64,000 bases of DNA, taken from the sequence record KU686213.1; one strand, written 5' to 3'. A model generated the notes under the pieces. It saw only the letters and a program-made list of their open reading frames with translations, searched no databases and was not told the origin of the DNA. The translations under genes and the position numbers were made by a program. Below, piece by piece: positions 1 to 9,180 of this stretch (positions are counted from its first letter, which is position 1; each line of letters begins with the position of its first letter).

Positions 1-2
1 TT

Positions 3-260
3 TGGATTGGTTTGATATCATCCCCATATTATGTTAAAGTTAAAACTGGAGCATCTACCGACTTACAAACAAACACCTCAGCAACGGAGTTTATTGCATT
101 GATGGGAGATGCTAAAGGTGGTATGCGGATCGAATCAGCACTACAAACCTCATTCGATGAACTTCTCACCTTAGTTCCTGCTGATGCTGCGGATCAGTTG
201 TACTTGGATAATCTTCTAGTACAGACTCATTTAGATCAGACTTTCACCTTAAATTATTGA
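3..260 (+). CDS. 3' end of a hypothetical (probably structural) protein, 5'-truncated by the window edge
   Basis: Frame is open from position 3 (W-I-G-L-I-S...) to TGA at 258-260; the ORF-track TTG at 12 is probably not the real start. Confidence 0.6.
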   Translation, partial: WIGLISSPYYVKVKTGASTDLQTNTSATEFIALMGDAKGGMRIESALQTSFDELLTLVPADAADQLYLDNLLVQTHLDQTFTLNY

Positions 261-313
261 TAGTTTTATCATATGATAAATACTATTGATTATGTGTAAA
301 TGTTATAATTGTC

Positions 314-1345
314 ATGGGTCGCAAAAAAAATACTTACCAAATCTATAGAGAGGATGTTTTTGATATAGATCTTCCTGAAATAAATTATTCTTTCGATTCT
401 GTTTTTGCAGAACTTAAGGGTGAGTTGAAGGAAGGTAGTATCAGAAACTCCAAAAAAATTAAAAAGCGGGCACCACCCAAGCCAAAGAAAACTGTAGTAG
501 AGCAAAAACATACCTTACGTAGTGTAGAAGATATTGCATCTAAGTTGGATAGGCTTGAAAGAACGCATCCAACTATAACTGAAAACACAAATGATCCATT
601 AGCATTATCCAACACTCCCGAGTATATGACTCAAAGGGAGTTTCAGAAGCATTATAAGTTACTATTAGATCGCGTACAGATACAGTTAGGTTCATTAGGT
701 GGCGGTGGTGCTGTTGCTATCCGAGATATGGAGGATGTTGAAACAGCTTTCATAACGGATCCAGCAACATTAGATGGCGCAACGATGAAGATGCGCTATA
801 ACTCAACTCAAAAAGTATTGGAGTTTTATGGTGATAATACTACATTATTAGATCAAAGAACTATATCTGGTACGGCAGATATTAATGTTAATTTCCTCAA
901 TAATAATTTTGAAATTTCATTGAGTGAGAGTATAACACTTCCAGGTACACTTAATACCATTGGAATCACCTCATTAGCTTCAAGTGGTGCAGATACTAAT
1001 ATTGGTGGAGATATTCTAGTAACAGGAATGGCAAAAGCTACTAAATTTACTACAACTTCAGATGAAAGATTAAAAACTAATATTGCAAAGATTGAAGATC
1101 CACTTGAGGTTATTTCACATCTTGAGGGTGTTAAGTTTAACTGGATTGCTGATGGTAGCGATGATGTTGGACTAATCGCTCAGGATGTTGAGAGGTGTTT
1201 ACCTGAAGCTGTTACAGAACATAAAGATGTTAAGAGTGTTAATTACAATGGGGTAGTAGGATTGCTTGTGGAATCTGTTAAGGAGTTGTCGAAAGATAAT
1301 CAATTACTGAGGATGGAGATTGAATCATTAAAGAGAAGACTCTGA
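314..1345 (+). CDS. Fibre-associated protein with C-terminal peptidase S74 intramolecular chaperone domain
   Basis: C-terminal TSDERLKTNI...W...GLIAQDVE...VNYNGVVGLLVESVKEL is the S74 chaperone signature; carries the [11 protein letters not shown] motif shared with 47449..51648. Confidence 0.8.
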   Translation: MGRKKNTYQIYREDVFDIDLPEINYSFDSVFAELKGELKEGSIRNSKKIKKRAPPKPKKTVVEQKHTLRSVEDIASKLDRLERTHPTITENTNDPLALSNTPEYMTQREFQKHYKLLLDRVQIQLGSLGGGGAVAIRDMEDVETAFITDPATLDGATMKMRYNSTQKVLEFYGDNTTLLDQRTISGTADINVNFLNNNFEISLSESITLPGTLNTIGITSLASSGADTNIGGDILVTGMAKATKFTTTSDERLKTNIAKIEDPLEVISHLEGVKFNWIADGSDDVGLIAQDVERCLPEAVTEHKDVKSVNYNGVVGLLVESVKELSKDNQLLRMEIESLKRRL

Positions 1346-1357
1346 TATACATATTTT

Positions 1358-1365
1358 TATAAATA
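1358..1365 (+). promoter_or_regulatory. T4-type late promoter TATAAATA
   Basis: Exact consensus upstream of fibre gene 1448. Confidence 0.75.
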
Positions 1366-1447
1366 TTAACCGTATTCCCATGTTTAATTGGGGGGAATAT
1401 GCTACATCATGTGTACGTACTCGTGTAGTGTATAAAAGAAGGTAAAG

Positions 1448-3787
1448 ATGTCATACGAAATTAACGAAGTCGTCATTATTGACGGAAGTCGTAATATTGT
1501 AAACGCTGGTGTTGGTACTTTTACTAAAGTTCACCCAGCAGAATTAGAAGTTGGAACCTCAGGACTAGCTATCTCTGATGTTCTAAACGAGACAGATCTA
1601 AGTAGTGATAGTGCATCAGCACTACCTACCCAACACGCCGTTAAGGCATATGTTGATGCTGCAATCTCAACTGTTCAGTCAGATATAGATGCTAATGAAC
1701 TAGCTTCCGACAACGCAGAATCTGCTTTGTCTGGTCGTCTAGACACTCTAGAAGCTGATCCAACAACAGCAACTGCTCTAGCAGCAGTTCAGGCTGATGT
1801 GGATGCCAATGAACTAGCTTCCGATAATGCTGAATCAGCATTGTCTGGTCGCCTAGACACCCTTGAGGCTGATCCAACAACTCAGACTCTATTGACTGCC
1901 GAGGCAAGTGCCCGCACTAGTGCGGATTCAGCATTGTCTGGTCGCCTAGACACCCTTGAGGCTGATCCAACAACTCAGACTCTATTGACTGCCGAGGCAA
2001 CTACTAGAGCTTCTGCAGATGCGTCCGAGACTTCAGCTCGTCAAGTTGCAGATAATGCACTTTCTGGTCGCCTAGACACACTTGAGGCAGATCCAACAAC
2101 CCAAACATTGTTGGATAGCGAAGCATCTACTCGCTCCGCTGCTGATGTTCTATTGAATGCGGCAGTTAGTAATGCTAATCTAGCTATTGCTGCTAACGAA
2201 GATCATATTGATAACCTAGCCACACTTTCTGGTGTTGCTAAAGATGCAGAAAATCTTGGTTCCTTCACTGGTTCCACGATTTCTGATAACATCACAATCA
2301 AAGCTGCTCTACAAGATCTAGAGACTGGTGTTGATAACGCTCTTGGTGGTGGCGCTGCTGCTTCTTCTGTAGAGACAGTCACACTATCTACTGATGCTAC
2401 TCACTATCTAACGTTTGTTAACGCAGACAACGGTACAGGCACTCAGGAGAATCTCTATACCGATGCTGGTATCCAGTACAACCCATCATCCGACATTCTA
2501 ACTGTTGGTGAAGTTGTTATCTCAGGTAACCTAACCGTTAATGGTACTCAAACCATTTTCGATACTACGGTTATTCAGGCACAGGATAAGAACATCACTC
2601 TTGGTGTTACTACTGCTCCTACTGATGCTGGTGCAGACGGTGGTGGTTTGACCCTTATGGGAACCACTAACAAGACCTTTAACTGGATCAATGCAACTGA
2701 TGCTTTCACAGCTTCAGAGCACATCAGCATTGCTGCTGGTAAGGAGTATCGTATCGATGGCGTTAAAGTTATCGAGTCCGGCGCTCTAGGTGCATCCATT
2801 GTTAGTTCATCACTACAGACTGTTGGAACTCTTGCTAGTCTAACTGTTTCTGGTGATATTACAGCTAATGGAAACATCACTGGTGATAACTTTACAGATA
2901 TCACTGGCATCAGAACGATGCACTCTCAGTTCATTACGATTGATAATGTCAATCTAACTGCTAGTGCTACTGAGCTTAACTATCTAGATGGCTCCACTCC
3001 AGGTGCTGCAACTGCTGGTAATGCAGTAGTACTAGACTCTAGTAAAGATGTAACTGGTATCAACCAGCTACAGGCTACTTCACTAGTTGGTGAGCTTACA
3101 GGTAATGCTGATTCTTCTGATCAGGTTAAGACAGTAAGAGTCACCACAAATAGTGCTCACTATCTAACTTTCGTTGATGGTGATAATAGTAGTCAGACTA
3201 ATGAGGAACTAAACACCTCACTACTAGCAACCTTCAATCCTTCTGACGGTAGCCTAGTAGCTAACAAGCTAACTGCATCTAGCAACTTCTACCTAGGTCT
3301 AACCGAGGTTACTGCTAGCGGAACCGAGCTAAACTACCTAGATGGCTCACTAACCGGAACCGCAGTTGCTTCCAAGGCAGTTGTTCTAGATGCTAGCAAG
3401 GACATCGCAGGTATCAATAACATTGATATCGCTGGTGACCTAGTTGGTGATGGCGCATCTAACATCAGTGGTATCAACACAGTTACTGCTGCTGGTAAGA
3501 TGTATGCTCTATCATACACCTCTACTTCTGACGCTTCCCTAAAGGAAAACGTTGAGAAGATTGAAGGTGCTGTTGAGAAAGTTGAAGCCATCCGTGGTGT
3601 AACTTTCGACTGGAAAGATGGTTCTGGCTCTACTGCTGGTATCATCGCTCAAGAAGTTGAAGCAGTAATGCCGATGCTAGTTGAGAGTGGCGAGATCAAG
3701 CGCGTTGATTACAACGGGTTAGTCGGTCTTCTTATTGAAGCCGTCAAGGAACTCTCTGCTGAAGTCAAAGAGCTAAAAGCTAACTGA
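1448..3787 (+). CDS. Long tail fibre protein with coiled-coil repeats and C-terminal S74 chaperone
   Basis: ALSGRLDTLEADPTT repeated four times; Gly/Thr beta-rich shaft; C-terminal TSDASLKEN...FDW...GIIAQEVE...DYNGLVGLLIEAVKEL. Confidence 0.85.
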   Translation: MSYEINEVVIIDGSRNIVNAGVGTFTKVHPAELEVGTSGLAISDVLNETDLSSDSASALPTQHAVKAYVDAAISTVQSDIDANELASDNAESALSGRLDTLEADPTTATALAAVQADVDANELASDNAESALSGRLDTLEADPTTQTLLTAEASARTSADSALSGRLDTLEADPTTQTLLTAEATTRASADASETSARQVADNALSGRLDTLEADPTTQTLLDSEASTRSAADVLLNAAVSNANLAIAANEDHIDNLATLSGVAKDAENLGSFTGSTISDNITIKAALQDLETGVDNALGGGAAASSVETVTLSTDATHYLTFVNADNGTGTQENLYTDAGIQYNPSSDILTVGEVVISGNLTVNGTQTIFDTTVIQAQDKNITLGVTTAPTDAGADGGGLTLMGTTNKTFNWINATDAFTASEHISIAAGKEYRIDGVKVIESGALGASIVSSSLQTVGTLASLTVSGDITANGNITGDNFTDITGIRTMHSQFITIDNVNLTASATELNYLDGSTPGAATAGNAVVLDSSKDVTGINQLQATSLVGELTGNADSSDQVKTVRVTTNSAHYLTFVDGDNSSQTNEELNTSLLATFNPSDGSLVANKLTASSNFYLGLTEVTASGTELNYLDGSLTGTAVASKAVVLDASKDIAGINNIDIAGDLVGDGASNISGINTVTAAGKMYALSYTSTSDASLKENVEKIEGAVEKVEAIRGVTFDWKDGSGSTAGIIAQEVEAVMPMLVESGEIKRVDYNGLVGLLIEAVKELSAEVKELKAN

Positions 3788-3808
3788 TATTAGTTCAGTT
3801 TAATTCTA

Positions 3809-3833
3809 GACTCCCTTCGGGGGGTCTTTTTTT
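3809..3833 (+). terminator. Rho-independent terminator
   Basis: GACTCCC-TTCG-GGGGGTC followed by T7. Confidence 0.9.
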
Positions 3834-3873
3834 ATGCTAAATAATACTGTGAAGAAAATATAATTCTCTAAAA

Positions 3874-4926
3874 ATGACGATTGTAAATACAACTTTTCGA
3901 GCTTTTGTAGAAAAGCTTGGTGATACAGAAGCAGCTACTTTTATTGGTAATGAAGGTGACTTATTTTATGACCCTAATACAGCATCACTAAGAGTTTCTG
4001 ATGGTACCACTCCTGGTGGAGTTGCTGTTACTGGAGTAACCACAGTTTCTGGTCCAATTCAATCCAGCCTTATTCCAGATTCTGACGGCACACTTGACCT
4101 TGGATCACCCACCAATCAGTGGAGAGATATCTACGCAACTGGAAATACACTATATCTTGGCGGTACTGCGGTTTCTGCTAATGCTAGTACTCTAGCTGTT
4201 GATGGTGAAGATCTAGCAAAGACCAGCGAAGTCCAGGAGATTGCTTCTTCGGACGCTAGTGCTTCTAGACTAATCGTCAATACTGACCGTCGCGTATATA
4301 CCGACGCAACTCCTGGAGCCATCAACCCCAACGCAAACTCTGGTGGTTGGTATCATAGAACTACTGCTGGTAGCTACATCCGTTGGAACTTCTGGACACC
4401 CAAGCCCAATGCTGAAGGTGAAGCAGTTGGTTTGCTAGGTAATCTACAGAGTGGTTGGTGTCTATTTACTCCTTGGTCTGCTAATACAACATATCCATAC
4501 TTCCAGTTCTACACTGCACCTAAAGCAGCTTTGGGTAATGAAGAGACCTGGTACCGTTCTAAAGTCACATACTCTAGGGCACCTGAGGCACATACACCAG
4601 GCACACCCGTACTATTGTACTTTGGTGTAGATCCTACTGATGTATTCCCTGGTGTTCCTCGTAGAGAGATGACGCTTGATCCATTGAATACCGCAGGTCC
4701 ACAGGCTGCTGATGAGTTTATCTATTCTTCATATCTCAGCACCTCAACGGGATTACCTGATGATGACCTAGACTTCTCAACAGTTGGCGTTGGATTTAGA
4801 TATGATGGTAAGAACTTTGGTTACAGCTTGTATGCTGTTCCCGAAGATACTGGTCTTACAGCAACAGAGGTTATTGACGGCAGAACTTTAGAAATTGTTA
4901 ACGGTCAAATCATTTCAGTTACCTGA
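3874..4926 (+). CDS. Putative virion fibre/structural protein with Mtd-N-like N-terminus
   Basis: N-terminal GNEGDLFYDPNTASLRVSDGTTPGG resembles Mtd-N-type fibre attachment modules; LDLGSPTNQWRDIY is a typical fibre motif; TAAATA late-promoter core upstream. Confidence 0.55.
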   Translation: MTIVNTTFRAFVEKLGDTEAATFIGNEGDLFYDPNTASLRVSDGTTPGGVAVTGVTTVSGPIQSSLIPDSDGTLDLGSPTNQWRDIYATGNTLYLGGTAVSANASTLAVDGEDLAKTSEVQEIASSDASASRLIVNTDRRVYTDATPGAINPNANSGGWYHRTTAGSYIRWNFWTPKPNAEGEAVGLLGNLQSGWCLFTPWSANTTYPYFQFYTAPKAALGNEETWYRSKVTYSRAPEAHTPGTPVLLYFGVDPTDVFPGVPRREMTLDPLNTAGPQAADEFIYSSYLSTSTGLPDDDLDFSTVGVGFRYDGKNFGYSLYAVPEDTGLTATEVIDGRTLEIVNGQIISVT

Positions 4927-4962
4927 TACTGTGCTATTATATGGGAAGCGAAAGCAACCCAT

Positions 4963-5487
4963 ATGAATATCTTTTGTACCGAACAGGATCCTAGGGGAAG
5001 TGCCCTAGTACTTCCAGACAAGCATATCGTCAAGATGCCCCTTGAATGCTGTCAGATGGTATCTGTGATTTACTCACATTGGTATCGTGACTGCGGTCAA
5101 GTCTTCAAGGCTGATGGAACCCCATACAAAACAACGGGAGGTTTTCGTAACCACCCCTGTACTGTATGGGCTTCTTTATGCGATGAAAACCTAGCGTGGC
5201 TCATCGCACACGGTCACGCCTTGTGTGCCGAATATACCCACCGCTACGGTAAGCATCACGCCTGTGAGAAGTCCCTGATCGGCGCAGAAGAAGTTTTTGT
5301 TAGGACCACAGGTAAGCCAATTACGTGCTATAATGGGGCACGTGGGTTCGCCCGTGCTATGCCTGATGAGTTCAAGCTAGACCAATCAATTTCTACCTTT
5401 GAGGCATACAAGATGTATATCTCCTCAAAGCCCTGGGTCTCAGCCAACTATCTCCGCAAACCTGAACGCAAGCCCTCCTGGGTTTGA
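4963..5487 (+). CDS. Pyrimidine-dimer DNA glycosylase (DenV/Pyr_excise-like) family protein
   Basis: MNIF...DKHIVKMPLECCQM, HPCTVW, YTHRYGKHH motifs typical of this cyanophage family. Confidence 0.7.
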   Translation: MNIFCTEQDPRGSALVLPDKHIVKMPLECCQMVSVIYSHWYRDCGQVFKADGTPYKTTGGFRNHPCTVWASLCDENLAWLIAHGHALCAEYTHRYGKHHACEKSLIGAEEVFVRTTGKPITCYNGARGFARAMPDEFKLDQSISTFEAYKMYISSKPWVSANYLRKPERKPSWV

Positions 5488-5508
5488 TTACTTTATTATC
5501 TTTTTATT

Positions 5509-6459
5509 ATGAGAGAACGCACTGACTTCATTTGGACCGAAAAATATCGCCCACAGAAGATCGATGACTGCATCCTCCCCGACAACATCAAAGCAACATT
5601 CAAGCAGTTTGTAGAGAAGGGAGAGATCCCTAACCTATTACTTGCTGGTCCTCCTGGTGTTGGTAAAACAACCATCGCCAAGGCACTTTGTAATGAGATT
5701 GGTGCTGATTATTATGTGATCAACGGCTCTGATGAAGGTCGCTTCCTTGATACTGTCCGCAACCAAGCCAAGAACTTCGCTTCCACTATGTCTTTGACTA
5801 GTGAAGCCAAGCACAAGGTCATCATCATTGATGAGGCAGACAATACGGGCAACGATGTTCAGCTCCTTCTACGTGCAAATATTGAGGCATTCCAAAAAAA
5901 CTGTCGCTTTATCTTTACTTGTAACTACAAGAACAAGATTATTGAGCCCCTCCACAGTCGCTGTGCTGTCGTTGAGTTTAGCCTCAAGGGTAAAGACAAG
6001 CAGCAGGTTGCTGCTGCCTTCTTCAAGCGCCTCACAGGCATCTTAGAGCAGGAACGTATTGAGGCAGAGCCCAAGGTTCTAGCCGAGTTAGTCCAAAAGC
6101 ACTTCCCAGACTTCCGCCGTGTCCTCAATGAGGTTCAGCGTTATTCTTCTGGCGGTAAGATTGACTCTGGTATTCTCGCTTCATTCTCCGAGATCAAGGT
6201 TGAGGATCTTATGCGGGATCTTAAGTCAAGTAACTTTACCGAAGTCCGTAAGTGGGTTGTCTCTAATCTAGACAACGATACAAATGCTATTCTCCGTAAG
6301 GTATATGATGCCTTGTATTCCCACCTTCAAGGACCATCTATCGCTGCTGCTGTTCTCATTATTGCGAAATATCAATATCAAAGTAGCTTTGTTGCTGACC
6401 AGGAAATCAACCTCCTAGCAGCTCTAACTGAAATTATGATCGAGTGTGAATTCTCATGA
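5509..6459 (+). CDS. gp44: Sliding clamp loader, large subunit
   Basis: WTEKYRP, Walker A GPPGVGKT, IIIDEAD, SRC motif of RFC-type AAA+. Confidence 0.97.
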   Translation: MRERTDFIWTEKYRPQKIDDCILPDNIKATFKQFVEKGEIPNLLLAGPPGVGKTTIAKALCNEIGADYYVINGSDEGRFLDTVRNQAKNFASTMSLTSEAKHKVIIIDEADNTGNDVQLLLRANIEAFQKNCRFIFTCNYKNKIIEPLHSRCAVVEFSLKGKDKQQVAAAFFKRLTGILEQERIEAEPKVLAELVQKHFPDFRRVLNEVQRYSSGGKIDSGILASFSEIKVEDLMRDLKSSNFTEVRKWVVSNLDNDTNAILRKVYDALYSHLQGPSIAAAVLIIAKYQYQSSFVADQEINLLAALTEIMIECEFS

Positions 6460-6692
6460 ATACTATTGTTTTATATACTAACGGTGGGCAAGAGTCTGAC
6501 CGTTGCCGTGATCTACTCATCAGCCTTAATGGTGAGTTTCTAGAATACCAACTAGATGAAGACTTCAATGATCGCCAATTCCGATCCGAGTTTGGTGAGA
6601 GGGCTGAATACCCACAGGTTGCCGTTGGCTATGAGCACATCGGCGGACTAAAAGAAACATTACACTATCTAAAAGAAGAAGGACTTATTTAA
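6456..6692 (+). CDS. Glutaredoxin-like protein lacking CxxC
   Basis: Grx-fold motifs YPQV and HIGG-L; active-site region reads GQESDRC. Confidence 0.6.
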   Translation: MNTIVLYTNGGQESDRCRDLLISLNGEFLEYQLDEDFNDRQFRSEFGERAEYPQVAVGYEHIGGLKETLHYLKEEGLI

Positions 6693-6694
6693 TT

Positions 6695-6988
6695 ATGAAC
6701 GTAAAACTTATCCGTATGCATTCTGGTGAGGATGTTATTGCCGATCTAATCAAAGAGCAGGCTGATGAATTGATCCTATGCAATCCAATTGTGTTAGTTC
6801 CTGGTCGTGATGGTACTGTTGGATTCGCACCTTGGTCCCCAGTGATCTCCCCTGATGTAAAGGAACTCCGCATTAGGGCAAACTATGTCGTATATGTAAC
6901 AGATCCAAACGAAGATGTAGTTAGAAACTATAATGAGATCTTCTCTACTATTATCACCCCCCAAAACGCAGGTAAAATTATCACATGA
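6695..6988 (+). CDS. Conserved T4-like hypothetical (Sm-like fold)
   Basis: VKLIRMHSGEDVIA...NP...FAPW pattern; position between gp44 and gp62. Confidence 0.65.
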   Translation: MNVKLIRMHSGEDVIADLIKEQADELILCNPIVLVPGRDGTVGFAPWSPVISPDVKELRIRANYVVYVTDPNEDVVRNYNEIFSTIITPQNAGKIIT

Positions 6989-7395
6989 GCATTGATCTCA
7001 AAGATTGGCTAAACAGTATCAACCTCTCCAAGGAAAATCTTATTGATGAGGATCCTGCTGTTGAGAAAGAGTATCCCCCCTTCATTATCAACAAATGTCT
7101 CTCTGGTCAAATGGATTCTCTCATGCAATCTAATGAGATGAATAAGTTCCCTAACCTAGATAAACGTCTCCAATATGACTTTTTTATAAATAGTCTTAGG
7201 AAGAGGAAGAGATTCTCTCCCTGGTTGAGGAAAGATAAGATAAAAAACCTAGAAGCAGTGCGTAAGTACTACGGTTTCTCCACCGAAAAGGCAGAACAAG
7301 CTTTGAATATCTTATCTAATGAACAACTCGATTACATTTATGAAAAACTTAACACAGGGGGATTAAATCCATGCAAACCGACGAGAGGGGGCTAG
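6985..7395 (+). CDS. gp62: Sliding clamp loader, small subunit
   Basis: LKDWLNSIN, YPPFIINKCLS, NEMN, RKRFSPWL, YYGFSTEKA; synteny with gp44 and regA. Confidence 0.9.
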   Translation: MSIDLKDWLNSINLSKENLIDEDPAVEKEYPPFIINKCLSGQMDSLMQSNEMNKFPNLDKRLQYDFFINSLRKRKRFSPWLRKDKIKNLEAVRKYYGFSTEKAEQALNILSNEQLDYIYEKLNTGGLNPCKPTRGG

Positions 7396-7793
7396 TATTT
7401 TGGGAACCTTCCCAAATGGTAGAAATTTTTCTATCTGAGCCTGACGATTTCTTAAAAGTAAGAGAGACACTTACTCGTATTGGTGTTGCTTCTCGTAAAG
7501 AGAAGAAAATCTATCAATCATGCCACATTCTACACAAGCAAGGTCGCTACTTTATTGTACACTTTAAAGAGCTATTTGCTCTTGACGGTAAGCATACCAA
7601 TATCACTCAAAACGATATTCAAAGACGTAACCGCATCACTAAACTACTTTCCGACTGGAACTTAGTTGGGATTGCTAACGAAGATGAGATTCGGGATATT
7701 GCACCCCTTAATCAAATCAAAGTTCTCTCATATAAGGAGAAGGGTGAATGGATCTTGGAGCCAAAGTATAACATTGGCGGTCGTAGGTCTTGA
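7371..7793 (+). CDS. regA: Translational repressor RegA
   Basis: DDFLKVRETLTRIG, QSCHILHKQGRYFIVHFKELFALDG. Confidence 0.96.
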   Translation: MQTDERGLVFWEPSQMVEIFLSEPDDFLKVRETLTRIGVASRKEKKIYQSCHILHKQGRYFIVHFKELFALDGKHTNITQNDIQRRNRITKLLSDWNLVGIANEDEIRDIAPLNQIKVLSYKEKGEWILEPKYNIGGRRS

Positions 7794-7922
7794 TACACTA
7801 ACAAAATACACTAATATATGTAACAAAAAACAATTTCTCTTATAAATAATAGTGAGTTTAGGCTCGTGTGTTAAGATAAGTAGAAGTAGGATACCTATAT
7901 TATTGTTGTTTGTTATTGTGGG

Positions 7923-7951
7923 GGGGGTTCGGATTTCCGAGCCCCCTTTTT
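7923..7951 (+). terminator. Rho-independent terminator
   Basis: GGGGG-TTCGGATTTCCGAG-CCCCC followed by a T run. Confidence 0.75.
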
Positions 7952-7963
7952 GATGCTTTAAAT

Positions 7964-7971
7964 TATAAATA
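7964..7971 (+). promoter_or_regulatory. Late promoter TATAAATA upstream of hsp20
   Basis: Exact consensus. Confidence 0.75.
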
Positions 7972-8025
7972 GTGGTGGTTGCCTTCGGGGACCAAATACT
8001 ATATCTCGCTTTCGAGGAGAAACAA

Positions 8026-8451
8026 ATGAAAATGTACGGAGCAGGTGATCTCGACAAGTTCGTCAGAGACATCGAAAAATATACCATTGGTATGGATGAA
8101 TGGCTACATCGAATGGGTGCCGTTCACGAATCAACCCAAAACTATCCACCATACAACTTAATCAAAACAAGTAGCATTACTTTCAGATTAGAAGTTGCTT
8201 TGGCGGGATTCAAACAAGATGAAGTAAAGGTATTCACTGAAAACAATAAGCTATTCGTTGAGGGGCATAGTACCCGCGATGATGAAGCAATTGAATATGT
8301 TCATAAAGGTTTAGCTTCTAGGGACTTCACCCGAGTATGGACTATTTCTGATGATGTTATTATTGAAAATGTAGATTATACGGATGGTGTATTGGTTGTT
8401 GATTTGAGGAGAGTAATCCCAGATCATCAGAAGCGTAAAGATTGGTTATAA
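8026..8451 (+). CDS. hsp20: Small heat-shock protein (Hsp20/IbpA-like)
   Basis: NYPPYNLI, LEVALAGF, HKGLASRDFTR, DGVLVVDL; ATG at 8026 follows a GAGGAG SD. Confidence 0.93.
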   Translation: MKMYGAGDLDKFVRDIEKYTIGMDEWLHRMGAVHESTQNYPPYNLIKTSSITFRLEVALAGFKQDEVKVFTENNKLFVEGHSTRDDEAIEYVHKGLASRDFTRVWTISDDVIIENVDYTDGVLVVDLRRVIPDHQKRKDWL

Positions 8452-8476
8452 ATAAAGTATATCGTCGTCGCATAAC

Positions 8477-8514
8477 GGGGGGTCTTGGCAAAAACCAAGG
8501 TTGCCCCCTTTTTT
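8477..8514 (+). terminator. Rho-independent terminator followed by an extended -10 promoter
   Basis: GGGGG..CTTGG-CAAAAA-CCAAG..CCCCC plus T6; TGCTATAAT at 8518-8526. Confidence 0.7.
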
Positions 8515-8546
8515 ATGTGCTATAATGCTATGAGCTACAGAATTTT

Positions 8547-8906
8547 ATGAATAACGATTATGATAGAGGTGAGGAGCCTCGTTATACTATGACTAGCTTT
8601 AATAAGGAGATTTCCCCCATAGAAATTTCAGAACCCATCCCAACAGTAAGATTGTTACTATTGAAGAGTGGTGAGACTGTTATTAGTATAGTTGAGGAGA
8701 GTCTTTGTGGAACTAAACTTACTCTCGTAAATCCACGAATAGTCTTAATTGAGTCTGCTGGTGATAATAATACCACTGTGATGTTTGGTGATTGGATGCC
8801 TCTAGCACAAAATAGGACTTTTGATATTAGGACGGACTATGTGGTCACTTCTACATATCCCCTAGATAGTTTAATTGAAAGCTACTTGGAGAAAGATAAT
8901 GGATGA
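8547..8906 (+). CDS. Conserved hypothetical (Sm-like)
   Basis: VRLLLLKSGETVIS...NP...WMP pattern, same type as 6695. Confidence 0.55.
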   Translation: MNNDYDRGEEPRYTMTSFNKEISPIEISEPIPTVRLLLLKSGETVISIVEESLCGTKLTLVNPRIVLIESAGDNNTTVMFGDWMPLAQNRTFDIRTDYVVTSTYPLDSLIESYLEKDNG

Positions 8907-9180
8907 GATGATTAGAGTCCTCCTCTTGAAGGATGGTCGCACCATTGTGACAAAATTAGAAGAGGTCACAGACCACGACATTGGTGAGCCCGACTGTGTT
9001 ATGATTGATCCAGTGATTTATGATACCTCTGTTGAGGAATATGTTGATGCCCTATCACGCTTTCCTGGAGCAAAGATAACATCAGAAACTAAGATGGCTA
9101 TCTTATCGGATAACATCCTTACTATGGTTACTCCCGCAACAGCACTCCTCGCAGAATACCTCGTTACTATTGGTGATTAA
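8899..9180 (+). CDS. Conserved hypothetical upstream of the DNA polymerase
   Basis: EEVTDHDIGEPDCVMIDP motif; stop overlaps the gp43 start. Confidence 0.55.
   Translation: MDEMIRVLLLKDGRTIVTKLEEVTDHDIGEPDCVMIDPVIYDTSVEEYVDALSRFPGAKITSETKMAILSDNILTMVTPATALLAEYLVTIGD

Noticed and set aside
3874-4926. Diversity-generating retroelement (Mtd-like N-terminus)
   Set aside because: There is no reverse transcriptase and no template/variable repeat pair with A-specific mismatches in the window.
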